From an uncultured candidate division Zixibacteria bacterium (GTDB lineage: Bacteria > Zixibacteria > MSB-5A5 > GN15 > FEB-12): DNA of 64,000 nt. Shown here one piece after another: positions 36,428-47,065 of this stretch; within the stretch, counting starts at the first letter, position 1; each line of letters starts with the position of its first letter. Made by a program: the position numbers and the translations under genes. The notes below the pieces were generated by a model. That model was not told the DNA's origin, made no database searches, and worked only from the letters and a program-made list of their open reading frames with translations. The stretch is from positions 9,095-73,094 of the forward strand of contig CAWDXE010000006.1 in assembly GCA_963806185.1 (NCBI GenBank), given 5' to 3'.

Positions 36428-37927
36428 ATGAGCGACACCCAGGTCAGCGCCAAAGTGCTGTCTTCCGGTATTCGATGGAGCGGCCTCGGCACGATCAGTC
36501 GAGCGGCTGTCCGCACCGTCATCTCCATCATCATGGCTCGTCTGCTGGCGCCGGCGGATTTCGGCCTGTTCGCCATGGCCTCGGTGATCACCGGCTTTCT
36601 TTCTATCTTTCAGTATTTGGGAACCAGCGGTGTCATCGTCCAAAAAAAGGATCTCTCCCCGCACATCATTCACAGTCTCTTCTTTCTGAACACCGTCTTC
36701 GGCTTCGTCTTGTCGGTCGGACTGGCGCTCAGCGGTCCGCTGATCGGAAGATTATACGGCAACCCGGATGTCGGCCCGATCATTCAGGTCATCTCCGTCA
36801 CCATCTTTCTTGCCTCACTCGGCGCCATTCCATCGTCGCTGCTCAATCGCAACATGCGCTTCGACAAGATTGCGCGCGTCGGTGTCTACTCCTCGATCGT
36901 CCAGGGAGTCGTGGCCATTAGCATGGCCTACTCCGGATTTGGTGTCTGGTCGCTGGTGGTAGCGAACATGATTGCCACCGCTACCGACACGATCCAAACG
37001 TGGTACTACTCCGGCTGGAAACCGCGTCTTCAGTTTGTCTGGAAAGAGGTCAAGCCGCTCATGGGCTTTTGCCTGAGTATGACGGGGACTAACGTCGTCA
37101 CCTACTTCACGTCGGACACCGATAAGTTTATAGTGGGAAAGTGGTTAGGGGCGATCAATCTCGGCTTGTACACCATGGCCTACCGCCTCACCCTGCAGCC
37201 GCTCGACTTCATATATCCGGTGCTCACCAAGGTGCTCTTCCCGGCTTACTCACGCATGCAGGATGATGAAACCCAGGTCCAACGCGTCTACCTTCGCGCC
37301 TGCGGTGGTATCGCCTTCATCACCTTTCCCCTGATGATGGGAGTGGCCATTCTCGCCAAGCCATTTGTTCTCGTGGTACTCGGGGCAAAATGGGAGGCCG
37401 CTATCCCGCTCATCATCTGGATGGCCCCGATCGGCATGATGCTGTCCACCGTTACCCCCACCAACGGCGTCTTTCTCTCGCACGGCCGCGCCGATTACCA
37501 GTTCTGGCTGTCGATTATTACTGGCGGCATCATGATCGGTTCGTTTATTGCGGCTACTCAATGGGGGCTCAAAGCCGTGGTTCTCACCTACGCCGCCATT
37601 GCCGTCCCCCTTGTCTGGGTAAAATTCTGGCTTGCCGCACGGCTCTTGCATTTCTCCCCCTTCAAGCTCATTCACACCCTGCGGCCATACTTCGTTTGTG
37701 GTGCGACCATGGTCGCCGCTCTGATCGTGGCCAGGTACCTTTCGAAGCTCGTAGACCTACCGGGCTGGCTTGAGCTCGGCTTCATGATTCTGATCGGGGC
37801 GATTGTGTATATCGCCGCCGTGCTGGTCGTCCGTCCACCTGCCCTCAAAGATTTTGTACAAATTCTCCCTACAGGCGTGAGGCGCCTCCTGCCCAAAAAG
37901 GTGACTGAGGAAGAGGCCGACGAGTAA
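36428..37927 (+). CDS. wzx: polysaccharide/oligosaccharide flippase (MOP superfamily, Wzx-like)
   Basis: 499 aa with ~12-14 TM segments. N-terminal pattern typical of the Polysacc_synt family (GIRWSGLGTISRAAVRTVISIIMARLLAPADFGLFAMA). Confidence 0.85.
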   Translation: MSDTQVSAKVLSSGIRWSGLGTISRAAVRTVISIIMARLLAPADFGLFAMASVITGFLSIFQYLGTSGVIVQKKDLSPHIIHSLFFLNTVFGFVLSVGLALSGPLIGRLYGNPDVGPIIQVISVTIFLASLGAIPSSLLNRNMRFDKIARVGVYSSIVQGVVAISMAYSGFGVWSLVVANMIATATDTIQTWYYSGWKPRLQFVWKEVKPLMGFCLSMTGTNVVTYFTSDTDKFIVGKWLGAINLGLYTMAYRLTLQPLDFIYPVLTKVLFPAYSRMQDDETQVQRVYLRACGGIAFITFPLMMGVAILAKPFVLVVLGAKWEAAIPLIIWMAPIGMMLSTVTPTNGVFLSHGRADYQFWLSIITGGIMIGSFIAATQWGLKAVVLTYAAIAVPLVWVKFWLAARLLHFSPFKLIHTLRPYFVCGATMVAALIVARYLSKLVDLPGWLELGFMILIGAIVYIAAVLVVRPPALKDFVQILPTGVRRLLPKKVTEEEADE

Positions 37928-38075
37928 TCTATCGCACTCTCCGTGTGCGCCCCGATCAGTCAATTTCCTGCAAGCTGGTGCATCGACTAACTCAGACTCT
38001 GAGTGTGAGACCGATTAGTGTCGGTCTCGTAGCCGGTTAGCCAAGGTCAATTCGGGCGTGCGGTCGGTATACGAT

Positions 38076-38104
38076 TTGCGTCGTTCCCCGCAATCGTATA
38101 TAAT
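38076..38104 (+). promoter_or_regulatory. candidate promoter (TTGCGT-17 nt-TATAAT) with ~255-nt leader before the sugar-modification operon
   Basis: Perfect -10 TATAAT at 38099-38104. TTGCGT at 38076-38081. No ORF of convincing coding character lies between it and the ATG at 38361. Confidence 0.3.
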
Positions 38105-38360
38105 GCTTAGGCATACATTCCTTGAGGAGTGCGGCTGGACTTCCGGCTTGGATTTTGGAGCGGGAACCGGCCAGTCGTCAGCGAGCTCCGTCATTTGTTA
38201 CGACCGACGGCATACCTTCTCGGGATTTTCGGACGATTCTGCTTCTTGATCAACCATCAGGGAGCAATCGCCATCGGCTCTACGTTTCTAAGGTGGCGGG
38301 ACATCTGGCCGATAATTGCCGTAAGTAGATGGCTTACCTAACGGAAGGACTTACCAACCT

Positions 38361-39425
38361 ATGAAGATTCTTGTCACGGGGCATCTCGGATATATTGGCG
38401 CGGCCATGGTACCCATGCTCCAGGCAGCCGGCCACGAAGTTATCGGTTATGACGCCGACTACTACAACACCTCCACGTTTGGCCCGGAATTTCGACGTAT
38501 CCCTTTTATTCACAAGGACATCCGCGACGCCCAGGTAAGTGATATGCACGGCATCGACGCCGTCATTCATCTGGCGGCCCTTTCCAACGACCCGCTGGGC
38601 GACCTGAATCGGTCGCTCACCTTTGATATCAACCATCTTGGCACCGTTCATCTGGCCGAGGTCGCCCGCGAGGCCGGCGTTACGCGGTTCCTCTTCTCCT
38701 CGTCCTGCTCAAACTACGGCGCTGCCGGTGATGAATTGTTGACCGAGGAGGCTGCTCTTAACCCGGTGACCGCTTACGGCGAGTCCAAGGTCCGAGCAGA
38801 GCAGGATCTGGCTAAACTGGCCACGGACAAATTCGCCCCTGTGTTTATGCGCAGCGCCACCGCCTACGGTCTTTCGTCGCGACTCCGCTTCGACGTCGTA
38901 CTGAATAATCTCACCGCCTGGGCGGTAGCCTCCGGAAAAATCTACATAAAATCCGACGGCACCCCCTGGCGACCGATTGTCCATATCGAAGACATCACCC
39001 GCGCCTTCCTGGCGGCTCTCACCGCCCCCCGGGAATTGGTCGTCGGTCAGGCATTTAATGTCGGACGGACGCAGGAGAATTACCGGATACGCGATATCGC
39101 CGAAATCGTCCGTCAGACCGTCCCGAGTACCGAAGTTGCGTATGCTCCCGATGGCGGTCCGGACAAACGATGCTACCGGGTTGACTGCTCCAGGATTGCG
39201 AAAGTCCTCCCTGCTTTCCAACCGCAATGGACCGCCCGCTCCGGCGCCGAACAGTTGTATAAAGCGTATGTCGCCAACGGACTGAAGCTCGAGGAATTCG
39301 AGGGGCCCCGCTACCGGCGTATCGATCAGATCAAGCAGATGCTGGCAAGCGGCCGGTTGGATCAATCGCTCCGCTGGACCTCCGGCTATGCCGAGTCCTC
39401 GACCCTCAACGTGAAGAACGGCTGA
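38361..39425 (+). CDS. NAD-dependent sugar epimerase/dehydratase (extended SDR)
   Basis: 354 aa. MKILVTGHLGYIGAAM (GxxGxxG) and YGESKVRAE (YxxxK). Confidence 0.85.
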   Translation: MKILVTGHLGYIGAAMVPMLQAAGHEVIGYDADYYNTSTFGPEFRRIPFIHKDIRDAQVSDMHGIDAVIHLAALSNDPLGDLNRSLTFDINHLGTVHLAEVAREAGVTRFLFSSSCSNYGAAGDELLTEEAALNPVTAYGESKVRAEQDLAKLATDKFAPVFMRSATAYGLSSRLRFDVVLNNLTAWAVASGKIYIKSDGTPWRPIVHIEDITRAFLAALTAPRELVVGQAFNVGRTQENYRIRDIAEIVRQTVPSTEVAYAPDGGPDKRCYRVDCSRIAKVLPAFQPQWTARSGAEQLYKAYVANGLKLEEFEGPRYRRIDQIKQMLASGRLDQSLRWTSGYAESSTLNVKNG

Positions 39426-39450
39426 CACCGAAACCGGCAAAGGAGACTGC

Positions 39451-40725
39451 GTGAACTCGAAGGCTGAAACGATACTCACCTCCACCACTGCAGCCACGAT
39501 TATGGCCTGTCGCTTCTGCAAGCGACCGCTTCGGCAATCATTAGTCGATCTGGGGATGTCTCCCCTCTGCGAAAGCTACGTTCCGCCGGAACGAGCCAAC
39601 CAGATGGAACCGTTTTATCCCCTCCACGCCTACGTCTGTGACAACTGTTTCCTGGTTCAGCTCGACGAATACGTTTCCGCTCACGACATCTTCACCGAGT
39701 ATGCCTACTTCTCATCTTTTGCCGATAGCTGGGTCGAGCACTCAAAAAAATACTGTGAAATGATCGCCCGCCGCTGCAATCTCGGACACAACAGTCTCGT
39801 CGTGGAACTGGCCAGCAATGACGGTTATCTGCTGCAGCATTTCCTGCCGCTGAATATCCCGGTATTGGGAATCGAACCGGCGGCCAACGTCGCCAAGGCG
39901 GCGGTCGAAAAGGGAATTCCCACACTCGTCGAGTTTTTCGGCGAACGACTGGCCACCCGGCTGTCCGATGAAGGGAAATACGCCGACGTTCTGCTCGGCA
40001 ACAATGTTCTCGCTCAGGTGCCGGACGTCAATGACTTCGTCAAGGGGATGAAGATCCTGCTGAAGCTGCAGGGCGTGATCACCATGGAATTCCCTCATCT
40101 GATGAAATTGATAGAGGAAAACCAGTTCGATACGATCTACCACGAGCACTTTTCGTATTTCTCATTTGTCACGGCTGAAAAGATCTTTGCCGCTCATGGC
40201 CTGACCATATTCGACGTGGAAGAACTTCCGACCCACGGCGGTTCACTGCGCATTTATGCCCGGCATACCGGAGACCAGTCCAAACCGGTCTCGGCGCGCG
40301 CGATCGAAATGCGCGGGCGGGAACTGGCCGCTGGGGTAACCTCGATGAAGTACTACGCCGACTTCACGGAAAAGGTCAAAGAGACCAAGCGAAAACTGTT
40401 GAGCTTCTTGATTGAAGCACGACGGGCAGGCAAGAAGGTGGTCGGCTACGGCGCGCCGGGCAAAGGGAACACGCTGCTCAACTACTGCGGCATCCGCACC
40501 GATTTCGTTGAGTTCACCGTCGATCGCAATCCATACAAGCAGGGGAAATTTCTTCCCGGCACGCGCATTCCGATCTTCGCGCCGGAGAAAATTGCCGAAG
40601 CACGACCCGATTATGTGTTGATTCTGCCCTGGAATTTCAAGGATGAAATTATCAAGCAGAATGCCTACATTCGGGAATGGGGCGGACAATTCGTGGTGCC
40701 GATCCCTGAAGTCACTGTCCTATGA
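39451..40725 (+). CDS. NDP-hexose C-methyltransferase-like SAM methyltransferase with N-terminal zinc ribbon
   Basis: GTG 5 nt after AAGGAG. CRFC...CDNC zinc-ribbon pair. SAM motif VVELASNDGYLL. Long C-terminal domain as in TylC3-type C-methyltransferases. Confidence 0.8.
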   Translation: MNSKAETILTSTTAATIMACRFCKRPLRQSLVDLGMSPLCESYVPPERANQMEPFYPLHAYVCDNCFLVQLDEYVSAHDIFTEYAYFSSFADSWVEHSKKYCEMIARRCNLGHNSLVVELASNDGYLLQHFLPLNIPVLGIEPAANVAKAAVEKGIPTLVEFFGERLATRLSDEGKYADVLLGNNVLAQVPDVNDFVKGMKILLKLQGVITMEFPHLMKLIEENQFDTIYHEHFSYFSFVTAEKIFAAHGLTIFDVEELPTHGGSLRIYARHTGDQSKPVSARAIEMRGRELAAGVTSMKYYADFTEKVKETKRKLLSFLIEARRAGKKVVGYGAPGKGNTLLNYCGIRTDFVEFTVDRNPYKQGKFLPGTRIPIFAPEKIAEARPDYVLILPWNFKDEIIKQNAYIREWGGQFVVPIPEVTVL

Positions 40726-41276
40726 AGTTTATCGAAACATCTATCCCGGGCGCCTTTGTCATTGATCCGGAGCGACTCGAAGACGAGCGCGGCTTTTTTG
40801 CCCGCTCCTGGTGCCGCGAAGAATTCGAAGCACACGGCTGCAATGCCGATCTGGCCCAGTGCAATATCTCGTTTAATCGCCGCAAGGGAACACTCCGGGG
40901 GATGCATTACCAGGCTGCACCGCACGAGGAAGCCAAGCTGGTGCGCTGCACGCTGGGGGCAATTTACGACGTGGTGCTGGATCTTCGCCCCTCATCATCG
41001 GCATACCTGAAACACTTCGGCGTGGTGCTTTCGGCCCAGAATCGCAGTATGCTGTACCTGCCCGAGGGAACCGCGCACGGTTTCCTGAGCCTCGAAGATA
41101 ACACCGAGATCTTCTACCAGATGTCGTCCCTCTATGCACCCGGCGCGGCGCGCGGCTATCGGCACAATGACCCGGCCTTTGCCATAAAGTGGCCCGATGA
41201 GGTGGTCGTAATTTCCGAACGCGATCGCACCTATCCCGATTTCGCCGGCGTCCAATCGAAACGACAGACCATATGA
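40722..41276 (+). CDS. dTDP-4-dehydrorhamnose 3,5-epimerase-like cupin (RmlC family NDP-sugar epimerase)
   Basis: 184 aa. DERGFFARSW, LRGMHYQ, AKLVRCTLGAIYDVVLDLR, YLPEGTAHGF. ATGA overlap with the previous gene. Confidence 0.85.
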   Translation: MKFIETSIPGAFVIDPERLEDERGFFARSWCREEFEAHGCNADLAQCNISFNRRKGTLRGMHYQAAPHEEAKLVRCTLGAIYDVVLDLRPSSSAYLKHFGVVLSAQNRSMLYLPEGTAHGFLSLEDNTEIFYQMSSLYAPGAARGYRHNDPAFAIKWPDEVVVISERDRTYPDFAGVQSKRQTI

Positions 41277-42598
41277 ACCCGCCACTGCCGTTCAACCGAC
41301 TCATCGAGTCGCTCGACCTGACCTCGTCCGGTCAACGGATGTACCGTCGTATCGCCGATCTCTACCCCATCTGTCGCAGCATCACCGGGCAGGGGATTCG
41401 CGACACGCTCGACTACATCAAGCGCGAAATCGCATTGACCATACATCAGGTTCCCACCGGCACGCCCGTGCTCGACTGGACTGTTCCTCGCGAGTGGAAT
41501 ATTCGCGACGCCTACGTGATGAACTCTCGCGGCGAGAAGATCATCGATTTCAAGAAACATTCGTTATACATTCTCAATTACAGCGTCCCCTTCCGTGGTA
41601 CGCTAACGCGAGCGGAACTCCTGCCGCATCTGCATTCATTGCCGGAACAGCCGAGTCTGATCCCCTACCGGACGTCGTACTACAAAGAAGCCTGGGGCTT
41701 CTGCCTGCCGCATCGGCTGAAAGATTCGCTGCCGGAAGATACGTACGAAGTCGTCGTGGATTCTTCACTCGCCGACGGCCACCTGACCTACGGCGAGCTG
41801 GTTTTGAGAGGAGAAACGACCGATGAGATCCTTTTCTCCTGCCATACTTGCCATCCGTCGCTGGCCAACGACAATCTCTCCGGCGTCGCACTCGTGACTG
41901 AATTGGCCACCATCCTGAGTACGGCCAAACGCCGACATACCTACCGGTTTCTTTTCATCCCCGGGACGATCGGCGCTATCACGTGGCTGGCACGCAATGA
42001 GGCGAGTGTATCCACGATCAAGCACGGTCTCGTGGTCGCCTGCGTCGGTGATTCCGGCCCGATGAATTACAAGCGAAGTCGTCAGGGGAAAGCCGACATT
42101 GACCGCGCAGTCGAGCATGTTCTCAAACATCGCGGTCAACCGTTTGCGATTCGCGACTTCTCGCCGTATGGGTATGATGAACGTCAGTACTGCTCCCCCG
42201 GCTTCAATCTACCGGTGGGATCGCTGACCCGGACCCCTCATGGTCAGTTCCCCGAATACCATACGTCGGCCGACAATTTGGACTTCGTCCGTCCGGAGGC
42301 ACTCGCTGATTCACTCGGCGCCTATCTGACGGTTCTTGAGACGCTCGACGGGGACGCTCGCTATCGCAACCTTAACCCTAAGGGAGAACCACAGTTAGGC
42401 AAGCGCGACCTCTACCGGGCGATGGGCGGCCTACCCGACGCCGGTCGGCAGGAACTGGCTATGTTGTGGGTTCTCAATTTGTCCGATACCTTCCATACGC
42501 TTCTGGACATTGCCGAACAGGCAAATTTGCCGTTTCGGCTGATCCGGCAGGCCGCCAGTTTACTCGAGGAACACAAACTCCTCGAAGCGGTTACGTGA
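41273..42598 (+). CDS. aminopeptidase-like domain protein of polysaccharide loci (COG4310/DUF4910-like)
   Basis: 441 aa. The pattern CHPSLANDNLSG...FLFIPGTIGAITWL is typical of this family. C-terminal winged-helix-like tail. Confidence 0.7.
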   Translation: MNPPLPFNRLIESLDLTSSGQRMYRRIADLYPICRSITGQGIRDTLDYIKREIALTIHQVPTGTPVLDWTVPREWNIRDAYVMNSRGEKIIDFKKHSLYILNYSVPFRGTLTRAELLPHLHSLPEQPSLIPYRTSYYKEAWGFCLPHRLKDSLPEDTYEVVVDSSLADGHLTYGELVLRGETTDEILFSCHTCHPSLANDNLSGVALVTELATILSTAKRRHTYRFLFIPGTIGAITWLARNEASVSTIKHGLVVACVGDSGPMNYKRSRQGKADIDRAVEHVLKHRGQPFAIRDFSPYGYDERQYCSPGFNLPVGSLTRTPHGQFPEYHTSADNLDFVRPEALADSLGAYLTVLETLDGDARYRNLNPKGEPQLGKRDLYRAMGGLPDAGRQELAMLWVLNLSDTFHTLLDIAEQANLPFRLIRQAASLLEEHKLLEAVT

Positions 42599-42643
42599 AC
42601 AAACAAGCGCCGCACTAAGGTGGGCGCCAAATATAGGTCCGGC

Positions 42644-44021
42644 ATGGCAAGCAACAGTCGATCGAGCGCAGAACTCGGCAACCAGATCAATCCGGTCACC
42701 AACGATCCGGAGTGGCTGAGGTTTGCCAAATCCCGATCATTGCAGGAGCGTTGTCATTGGGTCATTCCCGGCGGCGGACATACGTATGCCAAGGGTGACG
42801 ATCAGTACCCCGTCAATGCCCCCGCCTATCTGGTGCGCGGCGAAGGGTGCCGGGTCTGGGATGTCGACGGTAATGAGTTTATCGAATATGGCATGGGGCT
42901 CCGGACGGTCACGATAGGCCACGCCTATCGACCGATAGTCGAGGCGGCTTATAAGCAAATGTTGCTCGGCATAAATTTCACCCGCCCCGGCACCATTGAA
43001 CTTGAAGCGGCGGAGAAACTGCTCGAAATGGTCCCGGCCGATATGGTCAAATTCGCCAAAAACGGCTCCGACGTCACTACTGCTGCGGTCAAGCTGGCCC
43101 GCGCCTATACCGGACGGGACATGGTAGCCATCTGCGCCGATCACCCCTTCTTTTCCATCGACGATTGGTTTATCGGCTCGACCAACATGAACGCCGGCAT
43201 TCCCAAGGCCATTTCTGATCTGACCGTGCGGTTCCGCTTCAACGATACGGCGTCATTGAAGCGTCTCTTCGACGAGCACGCTGGAAAGATCGCTTGTGTC
43301 ATGCTTGAGGCCGAAACAGCTATTGCTCCGGCTCCGGGTTTCCTGGAGATCGGTTCAGCAGCTTTGCCGGCAGAATGGCGCAGTTTTCATCCTCGACGAA
43401 ATGATTACCGGCTTCCGGTGGCATAACGGTGGAGCGCAGACCGTCTATAGGCTCACACCTGACCTCGCCACCTTCGGCAAAGCGACCGCCAACGGCTTTT
43501 CCGTCTCCGCTCTGGTGGGACGGCGCGACATCATGGAACTGGGCGGACTCACCACCGACAAGGAACGAGTCTTCCTGCTGTCTACCACGCATGGCGCCGA
43601 GCAACATGCCCTGGCGGCCTGTATGGCAACGATAGAGCTATATGAGCGGGAAGACGTGGTCGGCTTCCTGCATCGTCAGGGAGACCGGCTCCGTGAGGGG
43701 ATTACGCAAGTCGCCGGCGGACTTGGCATCGGCGACCATTTTCAGGTCCTGGGGAGGAGCTGTAATCTGGTATTCGCCACACGCGATGAGAAGAAGAACC
43801 CGTCGCAGCCGTTCCGGACGCTTTTCCTTCAGGAGATGATTCGCCGGGGATTCCTGACACCTTCGCTGGTGATCAGCTATTCTCATACGGACGACATAGT
43901 TGACAGGACGATTGCGGCGGTCGGCGAAGCGCTGGACATCTACAAACGGGCGCTGGACGAGGGGATAGACAAGTATCTGGTGGGGCGACCGGTCAAACCG
44001 GTATTCCGGAAGTACAATTGA
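42644..44021 (+). pseudogene. class-III (glutamate-1-semialdehyde aminomutase-like) aminotransferase, one frame switch near 43352
   Basis: ORFs 42620-43426 and 43296-44021 join as ...ACVMLEAETAIAPAPGFLEI|VQQLCRQNGAVFILDEMITGFRW. GG run at 43351-43352. PLP-lysine region ATFGKATANGF. Confidence 0.8.
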
Positions 44022-44135
44022 CAGAACCACTTTTGGCCTATACACTTACCGTGTCGGCCAGTCTTTCTCCTCACAGCCGAACGAAATTGAGACCGGCCCG
44101 ATAGCGGGCATTTAGGACAAACAAGGAACGAACGC

Positions 44136-44931
44136 ATGAAAGTAGTCCTCTTCTGCGGCGGCCTGGGAACGCGCCTCCGCGAATACTCCGACACGATTCC
44201 CAAACCGATGGTCAACATCGGCTACCGTCCCATTATCTGGCACGTTATGAAGTACTACGCCCACTACGGCCATAAGGACTTCATCCTCTGCCTCGGATAC
44301 CGGGGGGACGTCATCAAGGACTACTTCCTGAAATACGACGAGTGCCTTTCCAACGACTTCATGCTCATTCGGGGTGGGCGCGAAGTGAAGCTGTACAACA
44401 GCGACATCTCCGAATGGAATATCTCGTTTGTCGACACCGGCCTGCACAGCAACGTCGGTCAGCGCCTCAAAGCCATAGAACCGTACCTCGACGGCGAGGA
44501 GACTTTCTTCGCCAATTACAGCGACGGCGTCGCCGATTTCGATCTCAATGACGAGATTGCGTTTTTCAGGGATCAGAACAAGGTCGGTTGTTTCCTGGCC
44601 GTTCAGCCTCCGCAGACGTTTCACATTGTCGACGTGGCCGACGACCACCGGGTGAAAGAGCATCCAGCCGGTCGCCAAGACCAACATGTGGATCAACGGC
44701 GGTTTCTTCATCTTCAAGAAGTCGATTTTCGATCATATCAAGCCGGGAGAAGAGTTGGTCAACGAGCCGTTCCAGCGCCTGATCGCCGAGAATCAACTGG
44801 TGGCCTATCGACACAAGGGATTCTGGGCCTGTATGGACACCTTCCGGGACAAGCAGATGTTTGACGAAATGAACGCCAAGGGGAACACGCCGTGGGAGAT
44901 ATGGAAAGCCGGTAACTCGACCCGCCGGTAA
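44136..44931 (+). pseudogene. rfbF: glucose-1-phosphate cytidylyltransferase, one frame switch near 44658
   Basis: MKVVLFCGGLGTRLREYSDTIPKPMV..., then ...DDHRVK|SIQPVAKTNMWINGGFFIFKKSIF...GFWACMDTFRDK. Colinear with Salmonella RfbF. ORFs 44136-44864 and 44686-44931. Confidence 0.85.
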
Positions 44932-44937
44932 AATATT

Positions 44938-45582
44938 ATGCATCGACTCGAGTTGACCGGAAAATCATCACTCCAATCTCTTTTGTGCCTTGGGGCGCAC
45001 AGTGACGATCTGGAAATCGGCTGCGGGGGTACGATACTCCGTCTCATTGACGAACACCCCGGCCTGCACGTCCACTGGGTCGTTTTCAGCGGTGATGACC
45101 GACGCCAACAGGAAGCACGCACCAGCGCCGGCCGATTTCTGCAGCAGGTGACGCAGACGGAAATTGAAATTCACCAATTCCGCGACGGCTTTCTCCCGTA
45201 TGTCGGGGGCGAAGTCAAAGAGAAATTTGAATTGCTCAAGAAGAAGATTTCGCCCGACCTGATACTCACGCACTATCGCGAAGACCTTCACCAGGATCAT
45301 CGCCTCGTCAACGAACTCACCTGGAATACCTTTCGCGACCACTTGATTTGGGAATACGAGGTGCCCAAGTACGACGGCGATCTGGGCCGCCCCAACCTGT
45401 TTGTGCCGCTGGACGACACTATGGTCAGCGCCAAGCTGCAGATACTCAACGACTGCTTTGGCAGCCAGCGCTCCAAACGCTGGTTCACCGACGAAACCTT
45501 CCTCGGCCTTCTGCGTTTGCGCGGTATCGAATGCGGCTCCCGCTACGCCGAGGCCTTTTACGGCCGCAAGATCACCATCTGA
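44938..45582 (+). CDS. PIG-L/LmbE family deacetylase
   Basis: 214 aa. LCLGAHSDDLEIGCGGT and HQDH motifs. Confidence 0.8.
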   Translation: MHRLELTGKSSLQSLLCLGAHSDDLEIGCGGTILRLIDEHPGLHVHWVVFSGDDRRQQEARTSAGRFLQQVTQTEIEIHQFRDGFLPYVGGEVKEKFELLKKKISPDLILTHYREDLHQDHRLVNELTWNTFRDHLIWEYEVPKYDGDLGRPNLFVPLDDTMVSAKLQILNDCFGSQRSKRWFTDETFLGLLRLRGIECGSRYAEAFYGRKITI

Positions 45583-45618
45583 TCCGGCTGGGGCGAGAAG
45601 GATGCGCCCAACTACCGT

Positions 45619-47055
45619 ATGAAAAAAGTGCTGATCATCGCTTATGATTTTCCCCCGACTCGCACCAGCGGCGTCTACCGCCCGCTCAAATTCGCGCGCT
45701 ATCTGCCCGAATTCGGCTGGCAACCGGTCATCCTTACGGTCAGCAATTATCCTACGACTACGCTCGACGATTCACTCCTGGCGCAGCTCCCGGAAGGGAC
45801 ACCCATCTATCGCGCCTACTCAATCGAACCCAAACGCTGGGAAAAAGCGATTTTCGCCAAACTATTCGGCAAAGCGATGCCAGTACCCGCTTCACCGGCT
45901 GGAGAGGCATTACCTTCCCCGCCGAGCAATCCGGAAAAGTCGAATACAGGAGGCTTTTCGCTCAAGACGTTGGTCAAGCGCGGCATCCTGTCGCCCATCA
46001 GCCGTTTCACCCATAGTTATCTGTACACCCCCGACGAAGTCGTCGGCTGGGTCCCTCTGGCGGTAAAACGCGGGCTGCAGGCGATTCGACACGAAGGCAT
46101 CGACCTGATCATCTCGACGTCGCCGCCGGAAACCAATCATCTGGTAGGCCTCTGGCTTAAGCGATTCAGCGGCAAACCGTGGATTGCCGATTTCCGCGAC
46201 CCGTGGACAGACAATGTCATCAAGCAGGACAAGCCGCCCTTTCGACAGCGCCTTGAACGTCGGTGGGAGCAGAAAGTGCTCGAGCGATCGGACGCCGTCG
46301 TACATGTCGGCCACCGGTTTGCCGAGTTGTCGCGCCAGTCGTTTCCCTCGGTGGCTCCGGAAAAACACCGCGTGATCACTAACGGCTTTGACGAATCAGA
46401 TTTCGCCGGGATGGACGGCGAGAAGATCTACGCCGCCAATCGAACCGCAGAACTCAATCTGCTCAATGTCGGAACCATTTACGGCGTCTCCGGCTTTCCT
46501 GCACTCCTGAAGGCGTTCGAGCAGGTGATCACGTCGCCCAACGTCAGCGGCAAAGTGCGGATCAATTTCATCGGCGAGCTGACCCCCGACCAGAAAGCCG
46601 CGCTGGGTCGCGAGCCGATCAAGAGCCACGTGACGTTGCACGGTTTCAAGAAACACCGGGAAGCGCTGACGGCGATGATGAGCGCCGATGTTTTATTGCT
46701 GATGCCGTCCGGAGCGGATCAACGCACCAACGATAAGATCGTCCCGGGGAAGTTGTACGAACTCATACGGATCGGGCGCCCGGTCCTGATGATCGGCTGG
46801 GAAGGGGAGTCGGCTGATATTGTCCGCCAGAGCGGCACGGGACGCTTTGTCTCGGCCGACCAGCCCGAACAAGTGGCGGCCGCTATCACGGACTTCGTTC
46901 GCCGTAAAGCCGACGGTGAACTGGCCGTAACGCCGCGACGGGATTTCGTTCGCCAATATGACCGTCGCCACCTCACCTCGAATCTGGCTGAGCTATTTGA
47001 TTCCCTGAGCGGTATAACAACTTCCCGGCAGGATACGCCGGTGAAGGTTTCCTGA
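45619..47055 (+). CDS. glycosyltransferase (GT-B fold, GT4-like)
   Basis: 478 aa. N-terminal KVLIIAYDFPPTRTSGVYRPLKFARYL is typical of EPS-locus GT4 enzymes. Confidence 0.75.
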   Translation: MKKVLIIAYDFPPTRTSGVYRPLKFARYLPEFGWQPVILTVSNYPTTTLDDSLLAQLPEGTPIYRAYSIEPKRWEKAIFAKLFGKAMPVPASPAGEALPSPPSNPEKSNTGGFSLKTLVKRGILSPISRFTHSYLYTPDEVVGWVPLAVKRGLQAIRHEGIDLIISTSPPETNHLVGLWLKRFSGKPWIADFRDPWTDNVIKQDKPPFRQRLERRWEQKVLERSDAVVHVGHRFAELSRQSFPSVAPEKHRVITNGFDESDFAGMDGEKIYAANRTAELNLLNVGTIYGVSGFPALLKAFEQVITSPNVSGKVRINFIGELTPDQKAALGREPIKSHVTLHGFKKHREALTAMMSADVLLLMPSGADQRTNDKIVPGKLYELIRIGRPVLMIGWEGESADIVRQSGTGRFVSADQPEQVAAAITDFVRRKADGELAVTPRRDFVRQYDRRHLTSNLAELFDSLSGITTSRQDTPVKVS

Positions 47056-47065
47056 GGATACACTC

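Noticed and set aside
37928-38360. Search for a JUMPStart/ops (GGCGGTAG) antitermination element in the long leader before the sugar operon
   Set aside because: I found no GGCGGTAG-like sequence by eye. There is only a hairpin (gagaccga-ttagtg-tcggtctc at ~38008-38030) without a U-tract.
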